From the human T2T-CHM13v2.0 reference genome, Homo sapiens, in the NCBI RefSeq assembly GCF_009914755.1, contig NC_060935.1: a DNA stretch of 64,000 nucleotides; one strand, 5' to 3'. The position numbers and the translations under genes were made by a program. Below the pieces are notes generated by a model that was given only the letters and a program-made list of their open reading frames with translations, made no database searches and had not been told where the DNA came from. Numbering within the stretch: position 1 is the stretch's first letter; each line of letters opens with the position of its first letter. Positions 38,050 through 64,000 of this stretch are shown here, piece by piece.

Positions 38050-38580
38050 ACACGACAGCCAGGGCTGGACTAGCCCCGAGAGTTGCAACGGAAGATGGGC
38101 TACATACAAAGCGGGATGTAATCCTGGGCCGCCCCAACATGCCCCGCATGAGCCGAACCGAACGGCTGGCTCCTTGTAGTTGGGGCCACCTACTTGGGAC
38201 CTCCCCTTCCCTGTTTGCGACCTCTACACCCTGGCCACACTTGGAGCACCGCCGCACAGTCTGTGGGCGACCCCTCGCCACCTCTATTGCTCGGCACTCC
38301 AACCCTGTCTATGTTTAAGCAGAGATGTCCAGAGAGCAGCCGCTCTCAACATCTACCGTATCCCACCGTCTAGCAGGAAGCCCGCTCTCTGTCCAACTCC
38401 GCGGGACCGACTAGAGTACGACGAGGACCGACTAGAGCACAGTGAGGACCGTCCAGAGCGCCCCCTCGGAGAGCCCCAGGGCTTCCAGGACGGCGCCCGC
38501 GCATGCGCGGACGCCGACGGGCGTGGCGAGGGGCGTGGCGAGGAGGTGGGGCTGCTGACCTCAGTCTCCTCTGTCCTCAA
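38050..38580 (+). promoter_or_regulatory. CpG island / putative promoter of the FAU pseudogene
   Basis: CpG-rich; NRF1-type palindrome CCGCGCATGCGCGG 38497-38510; two GGGCGTGGCG (SP/KLF) sites ~38519-38540. Confidence 0.7.
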
Positions 38581-38581
38581 G

Positions 38582-38902
38582 TCGCCTACGTGCGCGCCCG
38601 GGAGCTGCACACTCTTGAAGTGACCGGCCTGGAGACGGTTGCCCAGAGCAAGGTAAAGATAATGATGTATCCCTGATCATCCTTACCCCAGCCACTACTT
38701 GCCTTTCCTCCTGTGGCTTCCCCAGACAACACTCTTGACTCTCCCTTTCCTTTGAAGGCCCATGTAGCATCCCTGGAGGGCCTCATCCCTGAAGATAAGG
38801 TCGTGCTTCTGGCAGGTTCTCCCTTACAGAATGAAGCCACCCTGGGTCAGTGTGGGGTGGAAGCCCTGACAACCCTGGAAGTGGTTGGCCGCAGGCTAGG
38901 AG
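38582..38902 (+). pseudogene. FAUP4: Unprocessed FAU pseudogene (FUBI ubiquitin-like moiety only; probably FAUP4)
   Basis: Exon 38582-38652 encodes YVRARELHTLEVTGLETVAQSK; GT-AG intron 38653-38757; exon 38758-38902 encodes [48 protein letters not shown], then donor GTGAGT. Matches FUBI and FAU intron positions as I recall them; initiator ATG is absent. The symbol is from memory. Confidence 0.9.
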
Positions 38903-39089
38903 GTGAGTGGGGCTACAGGGGCCCCAAACTGGTGTCCAGGGGCAATTCACGACACTTAGACTTACTTGGTTTGCCCTGCACGGTGTGTTACTTTTTTTTT
39001 TCTTTTTTCTTTAGTTCACAATGTCTAAAAGTCAGCTGATTTTGTGTTAAAATTCAGTGTCTGGCTTTGCTTCAAAAATTGGGAAGATC

Positions 39090-39409
<320 letters not shown>

Positions 39410-40292
39410 TCAGGTGACATTGGGCCTGTGTTCCCACATACCAGCAATCTGCCCTAGCTGAGTGGTGGCTGTCCCTTTGGAAGGCTCTACAGTTTGCCAC
39501 CATCTCCACACCTCCCTCTTCCAGGGCCAGCCACCATTTATCATCAGGCTTGCGCTGTTGTTTCTCTTAAAGAAAAGTGAATTCTCTTTTTGTTCCTATG
39601 TCTCTATCAAAAGTGGGAAAATGAAAGATGGATTGATAGCGCCGCGTGTTTCAAGAGAAGTGGGAGCAAGCATATTTCTTTGTGGAAGTATAGTCCTATG
39701 TGTTTAATATGTAACCAAACTTTGTCTGTGTCAAAAGAATACAACTGAAGATGCCATTATGAAACAAACCATGGTGAGAATTTTGACTAGTTTACAGAAA
39801 AGATGCATGATGAAAAACTCAATGAACTTAGAAAAGGACTAAACTTTCTACAGCATTAATCATCGAATACAAATAAAATAAGTGATGCTGCTGTGAAATG
39901 CAGTTACATAATAAGTGAAAAAATTGTCCGTGCTTCAAAATCTTTTACAGATGGTGAGTTTATAAAAGACTGTCTATTGAGTGCAGCGGAAATCATGTGT
40001 CCTGAACAGAAAGAAGCATTTGCAGACATAAGCCTAACCAGAAAAACTGTTGCTCAGAGAGTAAAAGATATGGCTGAGAATTTACAGGATAAGTTGTGAG
40101 AAAAAGTGAGATCATTTGTGACATTTTCTATTGCAGTTGATGAGTGCACATATGTAAATAATACAAGTCAGTTAATTATGTTTATCCATGGTGTTGCTGA
40201 GAATTTTGATATCATTGAAGAACTTTTAGACATGGTACCTATGGCAGATCCAACCACTGAAAGTGACTTATTTTTGTATGTTGAAAAAAGTC

Positions 40293-40595
40293 GGCTGGGC
40301 ACAGTGGCTCATGCCGGTAATCCCAGCATTTTGGGAGGCCGAGGCAGGCGGATCTCAAGGTCAGGAGATCAAGACCATCCTGGCTAACACGGTGAAACCC
40401 CGTCTCTACTAAAAAAAAAATACAAAAAAATTAGCCAGGCGTGGTGGCGGGCGCCTATAGTCTCAGCTACTCAGGAGGCTGAGGCAGGAGAATGGCATGA
40501 ACCCAGGAGGCGGAGCTTGCAGTGAGCCGAGATCACGCCACTGCACTGGGTGACAGAGCAAGACTCTGTCTTGAAAAAAGAAAAAGAAAAAAAAG
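40293..40595 (+). mobile_element. AluY-like element interrupting the transposase ORF
   Basis: The transposase frame (..YVEKS) resumes after the A tail ([11 protein letters not shown]). Confidence 0.9.
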
Positions 40596-40790
40596 TTTCA
40601 AAAAGTTTAATGTTGACTGGTCAAAATTAGTAAGTGTGACCACAGATGGTGCCCCTGCAATGGTCTGTGATAACACTGGACTTGTTGCAAAACTTAAATC
40701 CAAGTTCAAAATGTTTCAAAAAGATACAGAACTGAAATCCATTCACTGCATTAGTCATCAGAAATTGTTTTGTACTAAAAAGTTAAAACT

Positions 40791-52261
<11,471 letters not shown>

Positions 52262-52678
52262 TCAAGCTCAGCTGACCTGAACCGGTTTCTCCTGCAGTGC
52301 CTGTCCACCTGCAGGCAGGGCCTCCTGATCACACCCACCTGTGGTCCACAGCGCCCTCTGCAGCTCTCCCACCACTGGAAGCCTCCTGGTCCCTAGAGGG
52401 AGGCCAGCTTGAGGAAGCCCTGATTTCATAGACTCATCTTGCAGCCTCATCTCCTCCCCATGCCTTTATGAGCTGACAGTTTGAGGGGTTTTTTGTTTGG
52501 TTGGTTTTTGGTTTGGTTTTGTCTTGTTTTGTTTTGTTTTGAGATGGGGTCTCACCCAGGCTGCAGTGCAGTGGTGCTATCACAGCTCACTGTAGCCTTT
52601 ACCTCCCAGGCTCAAGCAATCCCTCCTGCCTCAGCCTCCTGAGTAGCTGGGACTACAGACATGTGCCAGGATGTCTGA

Positions 52679-52903
<225 letters not shown>

Positions 52904-53032
52904 TGAACTCCTGACCTCAGGTAATCCAACCTCCTCGGCCTCCCAAAGTGCTAGGATTACAGGCATGAGCCACTGCACCCGGCTGACTAAATTTTTTAAA
53001 AATATTTTTTAGAGGCCGGGCGTGGTGGCTCA

Positions 53033-53313
<281 letters not shown>

Positions 53314-53399
53314 TTAGAGGCCGGGCGCAGTGGCTCACACCTGTAATCCCAGCACTCTGGAAGGCCGAGGTGGGCAAATCACCTGAGGTCAGAAGTTCA

Positions 53400-53690
<291 letters not shown>

Positions 53691-54189
53691 TCAAACGATC
53701 GATCCTCCCACCTCTGCTTCCCAAAGTGCTGAGATTAAAGGTGTGAGCCACTGTGCCTGGCAAATAAGCTGACATTTTGCTTGACACCTCCTGAGCCAAG
53801 GACACAGACACCCAAGAGATGTCCACAGGCTGCAGAGGTCCAGCTCCTGTGACCAGGCAGCAGCCTCAGTGGAAGAGCACATGTTCCTGGGCCCTACCAC
53901 AGGCTGATGTGGAGAGTCCCTCTGATTGAAAATGCCCAACTCAGGCCACTCCTGCCCGGGAGTGACTGTCTCGCAATAAGATACAGGGCCAGAAGGATCC
54001 AGGAACACAGGAAGAGTTCGGCAGGGCTCAACAGGAGAACAGAAAAGAACTAAAAGCAGAGACACCATGCAAACATGAGGCACACACGCAACAGGAGACA
54101 GAGCAAACTGCAGGAAAAAAGAAGGGCCCTGTTAGCCACACACCGTCCTGTGGGCTACAAGCCCTCCAGTTACAGAGCATGGGAAATAA

Positions 54190-54585
<396 letters not shown>

Positions 54586-55514
54586 TGAGCCACCGTACCT
54601 GGCTGGCTTTGGGTTCTTGAAGGGAAAAGAAAAAGCCCCATGGCAGACCGGACCTGACTGACGGGCAGGAAATCTTAATTCCAGACCTGCTTTCACCTCC
54701 TCACTGCCGGAACCTGGAGCCAGGGCTGGCTGTCTCAGGGCCTCTGCCTACCATTGCCAGGAACTCTCTGTTGCCAGTCTGTATTTGGAGAGGCTGAAGG
54801 GATGAAGGTCCTACCTCACTCTGGAGCCCTCCCCACAGGGCCCCAGCTTGCACCTCGTGCACCAGCTCCTTAGGGGGCAGTGTGCACCCCTGGAAGGACT
54901 CCCAAGGTCTGGGACTTGCGACTCAGGACAGACCATTCCCTGCAGATCATTCATCTGCCAATTTAAGAAATGGGAGAGAGACGGAGGCCCGTCTGCCTCC
55001 CCTGCCAGCTCCTGCTGATTGCTGGTGGCTGCCTCCTGAGTTCTGGGGTCCCTCTCTTGACAGTGGTAAGAGTGCCAGGAACGGAGCGCGTTTGCTGCAC
55101 ACCATTTGCCATTGGTGCATCGAGCACACTCCCAGCTCCAGGATTATGGGAAGACCTTTTTGGGGTACAGACTTCCCCTCCCTGCAACAAAGAGGAGCTC
55201 TTCCATGGCCCCCACCCTGAGGGGCACAGGAGGTCCACGGCCTGGAAACTTCCTATTTCCTGGGGCTGGCCCAGGGCTTCTAGTCTGGCCTTCCATAAGG
55301 CATGGGCCAGGATGCTGGCCCTGGGGGCCTCTCAGCTCAGCCCCACGTGCCCCTCTGTGGACTCTCAGTCTCACGTTTGTCAGGGTTCTGCCATTTAGAA
55401 ATGATCAGCCCACCTCTAGACCAAGTGCCTGCCTGGAATGTCCTGTCCAACTTATCCACCAGCTCATCCTTCCGGGCCTAATTAAGGCCCCACTCCATCT
55501 CTGAAGCCACCCCA

Positions 55515-55610
55515 TGCTCATGACTCTCCCTGACGCAGGTTCCCGACACACCGGGTGACTCAGCTGCAGTGTTTTTCACAGTCCGTGATGCGTCACAGCT
55601 ATTTATAGGT
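55515..55610. promoter_or_regulatory. Putative enhancer motif cluster (AP-1/ARE, CRE-like, MEF2)
   Basis: TGACGCA 55531, GTGACTCAGC 55555-55564, TGCGTCA 55589, CTATTTATAG 55599-55608. Confidence 0.55.
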
Positions 55611-55732
55611 GTGCTTAACTCCCTGTGAGGAAGCACTTCAACCCCCAAACGCAAGTTCCAGAAATATGCTCATAAAGATAAAGATAGAGAAAAGCTCTGG
55701 AAAAATACACAGTGCTGTTGCTTCAGGCAGAG

Positions 55733-55735
<3 letters not shown>

Positions 55736-55764
<29 letters not shown>
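55736..55764. repeat. (GT)n microsatellite
   Basis: About 14 GT units. Confidence 0.9.
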
Positions 55765-55766
<2 letters not shown>

Positions 55767-55840
55767 TTCACTTTTTGCCTCATACATCTCATTGTTTATA
55801 AAATTTATCAATATTACAAAGTTGTAAACAAGGTTATTTA

Positions 55841-56135
<295 letters not shown>

Positions 56136-56414
56136 TCAAAAAAAAAAAAATTATAAATTTCTACACAAAGTCTTGCACATTCCTTTAATTTATTCATAGG
56201 TATTTTATAGTTTGTGTTGCCATGTTAGCAGTTACAAAGTGGCTGGGCACAGTGGCTCACACCTGTAATCCCAGCACTTGGGGAGGCCGAGGCGGGTGGA
56301 TCACAAGGTCAGCAGTTCGAGACCATCCTGGCCAACATGGTGAAATCCCATCTCTTCTAAAATACAAAAAATTAGCCGGGTGTGGTGGTGCACACCTGTA
56401 GTCCCAGCTACTTA

Positions 56415-56603
<189 letters not shown>

Positions 56604-57000
56604 TTAAAAATTAGCCAGGCATGGTGGTTCGTGCCTGTGGTCTCAGTTACTTGGGAGGCTGAGGCAGAAGGATTGCTTGAGCTCAGGAAGTTGAGGCTTC
56701 AGTGAGCCAGGATGGTGTCACTGCATTCCAGCCTGGGAGAGACAGCGAGACCCTGTTTTTGTTGTTGTTTTTTTCTTTTTTAAAGAAAACAAACACCAAA
56801 ACAATAAAAAGAGTGAGGTAGGTAGGACTCATGTCCCAAAATAGTTCTCCCTTTTTAGTTTTTTAATTTTTAATTTTTAAAGAAAGTTTCATTCTGTTGC
56901 CCAGGCTGGGGGGGTGGGGTAGTGGCATAATCGTAGCTCACTGTAACCTGAAACTCCTGTGTTCAAGGGATCCTCCTGCCTCATGCTCCTGAGTAGCTAG

Positions 57001-57378
<378 letters not shown>

Positions 57379-58777
57379 TAGGCTGTTCTTGAACCATTAA
57401 AATGATGTATTTCAATTATGTATATACTATTTATACATATATTAGGATATATCTACATGTGTGTGATATGAATATATATACACATTCACAAGCACATTAT
57501 AAATGTTTGTATGTGTATATATACATACATAGTCATGTACTGAATAATGACATGTCCATCAATGATGGACCACATATGTGACAGTGGTCCCATATACTAC
57601 CATTTTTTTTGTTTTGTTTTTTGTTTTTGTGAGACAGGGTCTGGTTCTGTCACCTGGGGTGGAGTGGAATGGGGCATCTCTGCTCAGTGCAACCTCTGCC
57701 TCCCGAGCTCAAGCAATCCTCCCACCTCAGCCTCCCCATTAGCTGGGACCACAGGTGCATGCCACCACACCTGGCTAATTATTGTATTTTTAGTAGAGAC
57801 AGGGTTTTGCCATGTTGGCCAGGCTAGTCTCAAACTCCTGACCTCAAGTGATCTGCCCACCTTGGCCTCCCAAAGTGCTGGGATTACAGGTGTGAGCCAC
57901 CGTGACTGGCCAGTAGTCAACTTTACAACAGGCCTAGGATGGGAGGTGATTGTCCAACCAACTTTAACTTTACTGTTTGAATTTTAAAAGAAAATACCCA
58001 TGTACTTGGGTATTATTTGTTTGTTTGTTTTTGAGACGGAGTCTGCCTCTGTCACTCAGGCGAGAGTGCAGTGGTGTGATCTCGGCTCACTGCAAGATCT
58101 CTGCCTCCTGGGTTCAAGCGATTCTCCTTCCTCAGCCTCCGAAGTAGCTGGAATTACAGGCGCCCGCCACCACACCTGGCTAATTTTTGTATTTTTAGTG
58201 GAGACAGGGTTTCACTGTGTTGGCCGGGCTGGTCTTGAACTCCTGACCTCAGGTGATCCACCCCCCCTCAGCCTCCCAAAGTGCTAGGATTGCAGGTGTG
58301 AGCGACCACACCCAGCTGTACTTGGGTATTATTAAAAAAATAATAAGTCACAGGATGGAGCCAGGAAGCCTGAAGCAGGTGAACCTATGAGGCAAATGTC
58401 ACGTGCAACAAAGTGTAATTGGCTCTGGCAGCCAAAACCAATTGGACATCTTGGTGAGACAGTCTCCAAATGTGTCACAGGATATAATTTCCAAAGTTAT
58501 AAACATGACTGTCTTTAATGTATGTACCAAAGGTTACTTCAGATGTTAAGAAACTATAATGGTGGAAACACTAGTTCAAAGGGAACTGGAGAGACTGAAA
58601 TACTCAGAGGCACTGAAAAAGCAATGCTGGAATAAGATTGCTGAGTTACATCCAAAAGTACCTGCTGCGCTGCAGGGTAATAAGCCCATTATCTTGGGTC
58701 ATCTTTTCTACCTGACAGAAGCTAGCTATATCTTATCAATCTACTCATCAGAGCCCAGCCTCATCAATGGTGAATAA

Positions 58778-59065
<288 letters not shown>

Positions 59066-59216
59066 TAGCCAGGATGGTCTCGATCTCCTTACCTTGTGAT
59101 CCATCCGCCTCGGCCTCCCAAAGTGCTGGGATTACAGACATGAGCCACCGCGCCCGGCCCACGCCCGGCTATTTTTTTTTTTTGTATTTTTAGTAGAGAC
59201 GGGTTTCACCATGTTA

Positions 59217-59720
<504 letters not shown>

Positions 59721-60399
59721 TTACTGGTTAGAGCTGGGCCAATAGTGGTCTGACCACACGTGGTGGCAGCATTCTGAGCTCTGAGGAGACAACCTGGGCT
59801 CTTGTCTTGAGGCCTAAACTGGGCCTGAGAGAGCAGGAACAAATCTGCCCTCTCCCTAAGCTCAGGGAGTCCACAGCGGGACCCTCACACCCAGTCTAAG
59901 GAGACCACTGGGCAGAGCTGAGATCTTAAGGACAAGCTGGAGTTCCCTCAGTTTTGGGAAAGGAGTTCTGGGGTGAGCGAGGAACATCAGGAGAAGCTGG
60001 AACAGAGAGGGGCAGCCAAGTCCTGAAGGGCCTGCTGTAACCCAAGAGAGAGGCCTGGCTTTATCCAGCAAGGCCAGGGTGCGGTCGGAGCAAAGGTTGT
60101 TTTATTAAAAGCTTCCTATGGCTGGAGCCCAGGAGTTCGAGGTTACAGTGAGCTATGATCACACTACTGCACTCCGGCCTGGGCAACAGAGCCAGACCCT
60201 GTGTTTAAAAAAAATCCTAAAAAGCCACAAAACTTCCTGAATGCAGACAATGTAGGGGTTCAAGGAGCTAGGGAGTACAGCGGAGACAGTGTTTGAACAG
60301 GCCCAGGCCTGGGCAGGTGGCTGCCTTGGATGCCCGAAGGGAAAAACAGAACAAAATCAGGAGGAATTGGAGCCTAAGTGAGGGAGCAGAGGATGAAGG

Positions 60400-61050
60400 G
60401 CGAGAAGGGGGCATGGGGCTGACAAAGCCGGGGTGGCAGCCCGTCCCACCCCACTCAGTGTGGGTTCCCGCGGTCTGTTCGGCGCAGCCACAGGGTCCTC
60501 CCACCACCCTCGCGGCCCTTCGCCAGCCCAGATACCGTTTTCCCGACTTTGGAACGGAGACCACAACACCCGCCCCGGAACTACTGAAGGCTCAAGTTAG
60601 GTCAACCCGGCAGGAAACCGGTTCCCAAATCCCAAGGCGGACCCAGGCCCGCGGTTCCCTCCCTCAAGGCTGGAACAGCGCGCAGTGGCCACCGCCGCCG
60701 GGTCTCCAGCCCCCAGGAGCGCGGCCTCCTCCCGGACTCTCTCCGATGCGGTCCTGCCCTGGGGACACGGCAGGAAGAAGGGACCTGGCTGGGGGACGTG
60801 GCCCCGGCGCGGGGGCAGGGGAGGCAGCGCGGGACTCCCAGCGGCCCCTGCGCGGGTGCCCACCCGCCGTCACGTGACACGCCGGGCGCTGAGTCACCGG
60901 GAAGCATCTGGCTGGGCGGCCGGGATTGGCCAATCTGCGGGACCGTCTGGAGCGGAAGGGCGGTGGTAGCTGGCCCTGCTTCTCCCTCCCCAGGATCTCT
61001 GCACTGGCCTTACGAACTGGGGAGTCCAAGGGGTTCCAGGACGGGAAGGG
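60400..61050. promoter_or_regulatory. CpG island with promoter-type motif cluster
   Basis: GTCACGTGAC 60869-60878, GCTGAGTCAC 60888-60897, GATTGGCCAATC 60924-60935, GC boxes. Confidence 0.75.
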
Positions 61051-61329
61051 GAGTTTGAGACCAGCCTGGGCAACCTGGCCAGACCCGGTCTCTATTAAAA
61101 ATACGCAAAACACACACACCACACACCCCACCCCACACAGCCCACACACCCCACACGGCCAGCAGCCCTTTCTGTCACCGACTCCGTTCCCCTGGCCAGT
61201 GAGCTCTCCGTCCCCTTTTCCTCCCTTTTCGCACACGTGCCTTTCCTGCCTGCTCCCACCTGGTGCCTGAGGCGTCTCTGCGCCTCAGCACTGGCTGTTC
61301 GGTTTGCACTACGGAGGGCAGTGTAGGTT

Positions 61330-62070
<741 letters not shown>

Positions 62071-62109
62071 TTTGCTCTCCTCAGGGGCTGCTGTGGGTCC
62101 AGAGCTGGA

Positions 62110-62440
62110 AGGAGAATGGGCCGCATCCTTTCCTCCTTCCCTCCCCGCAGCAGCAGGGGCTCTGGCTGCGGGGGCGGGCTGAGCTCCGTCCGGGGTGATG
62201 CGAAGGGGGTCATGCCGAGGGGGTGACTCCCAGCTTGCACTGCGTCCCACAGTCGCGCCTCGCCTCGCCTCCCGGAGCCCGAGTCTTCCAAGGGCGCTGG
62301 CAGCTGCGTCAGCTCCCGCTGCCCGCCCCAAGCGTCCAGAGCTAGGAGGGAGTTACGGGGCGAGGCCCAGGGCTTTTCAGGGCCGGGGGTCGTGCGGCCA
62401 GGCGCGGGTGGACTAGGCCAGCGGCCACTGAGGGGCAGAG
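62110..62440. promoter_or_regulatory. Small CpG island
   Basis: High CpG/GC content, GC box GGGGCGGG ~62172. Confidence 0.6.
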
Positions 62441-63319
62441 AGGTCTGGGGTTCTAAGTTTAGCCCACTCCGCGAATGTGGATTGCTTTGTTTGGATGTGA
62501 TTCCCTTTCCAGGTGACTGTAGGTTACCCCCACACTGCCCTGGCATGGAAGAGATTTAGGCTGTCCTAGGCCTTCACCCTTCCCTAAGACGAGAATCCAG
62601 AGGAGGAGCCATTTAACAGCTCCCTGGCTTCTCTCACTTACAGGGAGCTCACTACTACTACTAAAAACATTTTGAAGTTAACACCCCCTTATGCCTGGCT
62701 CATTCGTGCATTCAACAGATGTTTACTGAGCACAGACTGTGTGTTGGAGACTGGCCACTGGTTTACATAACGAGCTGTGATAAAACAAAGTCCCAAGCCT
62801 CTTGGTTGATGTTCTCAGGCTTTTTTGAGGTGTGAATCACTTCTCCCTGGAAGCCCTCCTAGCTATGCCACCCTGGCTTAAGACTGACTTTTGTGCTCTA
62901 GTGGCCCCTCAGGGATTCCCCACATCAGCACTGACTAAATGTCCACTTCCATGAGCTAGAGGAAGGTGGCGCCTCTTATTTGGCCTGGAGCAGGGAGCTA
63001 GGGCTCCTGCAGCCTCCAGATCCCTTACTGGGCGTCAGCTCAAGGGTGGGAAGGCCGGGGGCCTGCACCCCCTGGGAAAGATGTGGGCATTTGTTTCAAG
63101 GCAGGTGGTGGTGGCTGAAGTCTGGAGGCAGGGAGAACGGCTGCGTATTTCAAACTTGTAAGCAAAGGACAGGGGACCTATTACTGGGAAATTTCCCACA
63201 TGTGCCAGGGGGAAGGAACAACCCTCTCCCTGTGGAAGGTGGGGGGAGCGAGCTCACCTCCCAGAGAGACAACTCTGTCACTCTGGCGCCTCTGCCCGCC
63301 CTTGTTCTTCCCTCCATCT

Positions 63320-63600
63320 GAAATCTTCCCCTCTTCTCAAAGCTGGTGTATTCTCATCCTTTAACTCTCCACTCAAATGTCACTTTCCTTGTCAACCCTT
63401 GTCAAAATTGGTCCCCTCCTCTGTTCCCTTTATTCCATCACCTATATTTTCTCAGAACATGTACAGTGCTCATTCACTAGGATTGTTACCCGAATCCTCT
63501 GCTAGAATGTAAGCTCCAGGAAGGTGGAATTCTTGCCTTTTTCCTGCCTTATTTTTACTAGCTGTACCTTGCATAAAGGGTGTTTGTTGAGTGAATGAAG
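63320..63600. mobile_element. LINE-2 3' fragment
   Basis: ctcaaatgtcacttt...ctagaatgtaagctcca...tgtttgttgagtgaatgaa. Confidence 0.7.
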
Positions 63601-63621
63601 TTCTGTCCTAGATCAAGTTAG

Positions 63622-64000
<379 letters not shown>

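Overview
Human genomic DNA that I recognise as the NEAT1 locus (chr11q13.1, between FRMD8 and MALAT1; neither neighbour is visible). I find no intact protein-coding gene; the ORF track is almost all Alu, SVA and GC-rich noise. Contents: (1) an upstream enhancer with a p53 element and a CpG-island/TATA promoter driving the paraspeckle lncRNA NEAT1 from about 6110; (2) the NEAT1_1 poly(A) site (AATAAA 9815); (3) the ~22.7-kb NEAT1_2 isoform, which hosts MIR612 and ends in a triple helix (28746-28833) followed by the tRNA-like menRNA (28834-28892), a known non-poly(A) 3'-end system; (4) a full-length SVA; (5) an intron-containing FAU (FUBI) pseudogene that has lost its ATG, followed directly by a Charlie8-type hAT transposase fossil; (6) a very Alu-dense region over a fragmented old L1; (7) distal enhancer/promoter-like CpG islands near 55.5, 60.9 and 62.2 kb. 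Less obvious observations: a ~170-bp paralogy between the upstream enhancer and the NEAT1_1 body, a textbook 3' splice site abutting the NEAT1_1 poly(A) signal, eight GCAGAT copies in 760 nt, a nested ~1-kb duplication inside NEAT1_2, and a reconstructable spliced FUBI-like reading frame. Comparisons to reference sequences are from memory, not from database searches. Repeat boundaries are approximate.
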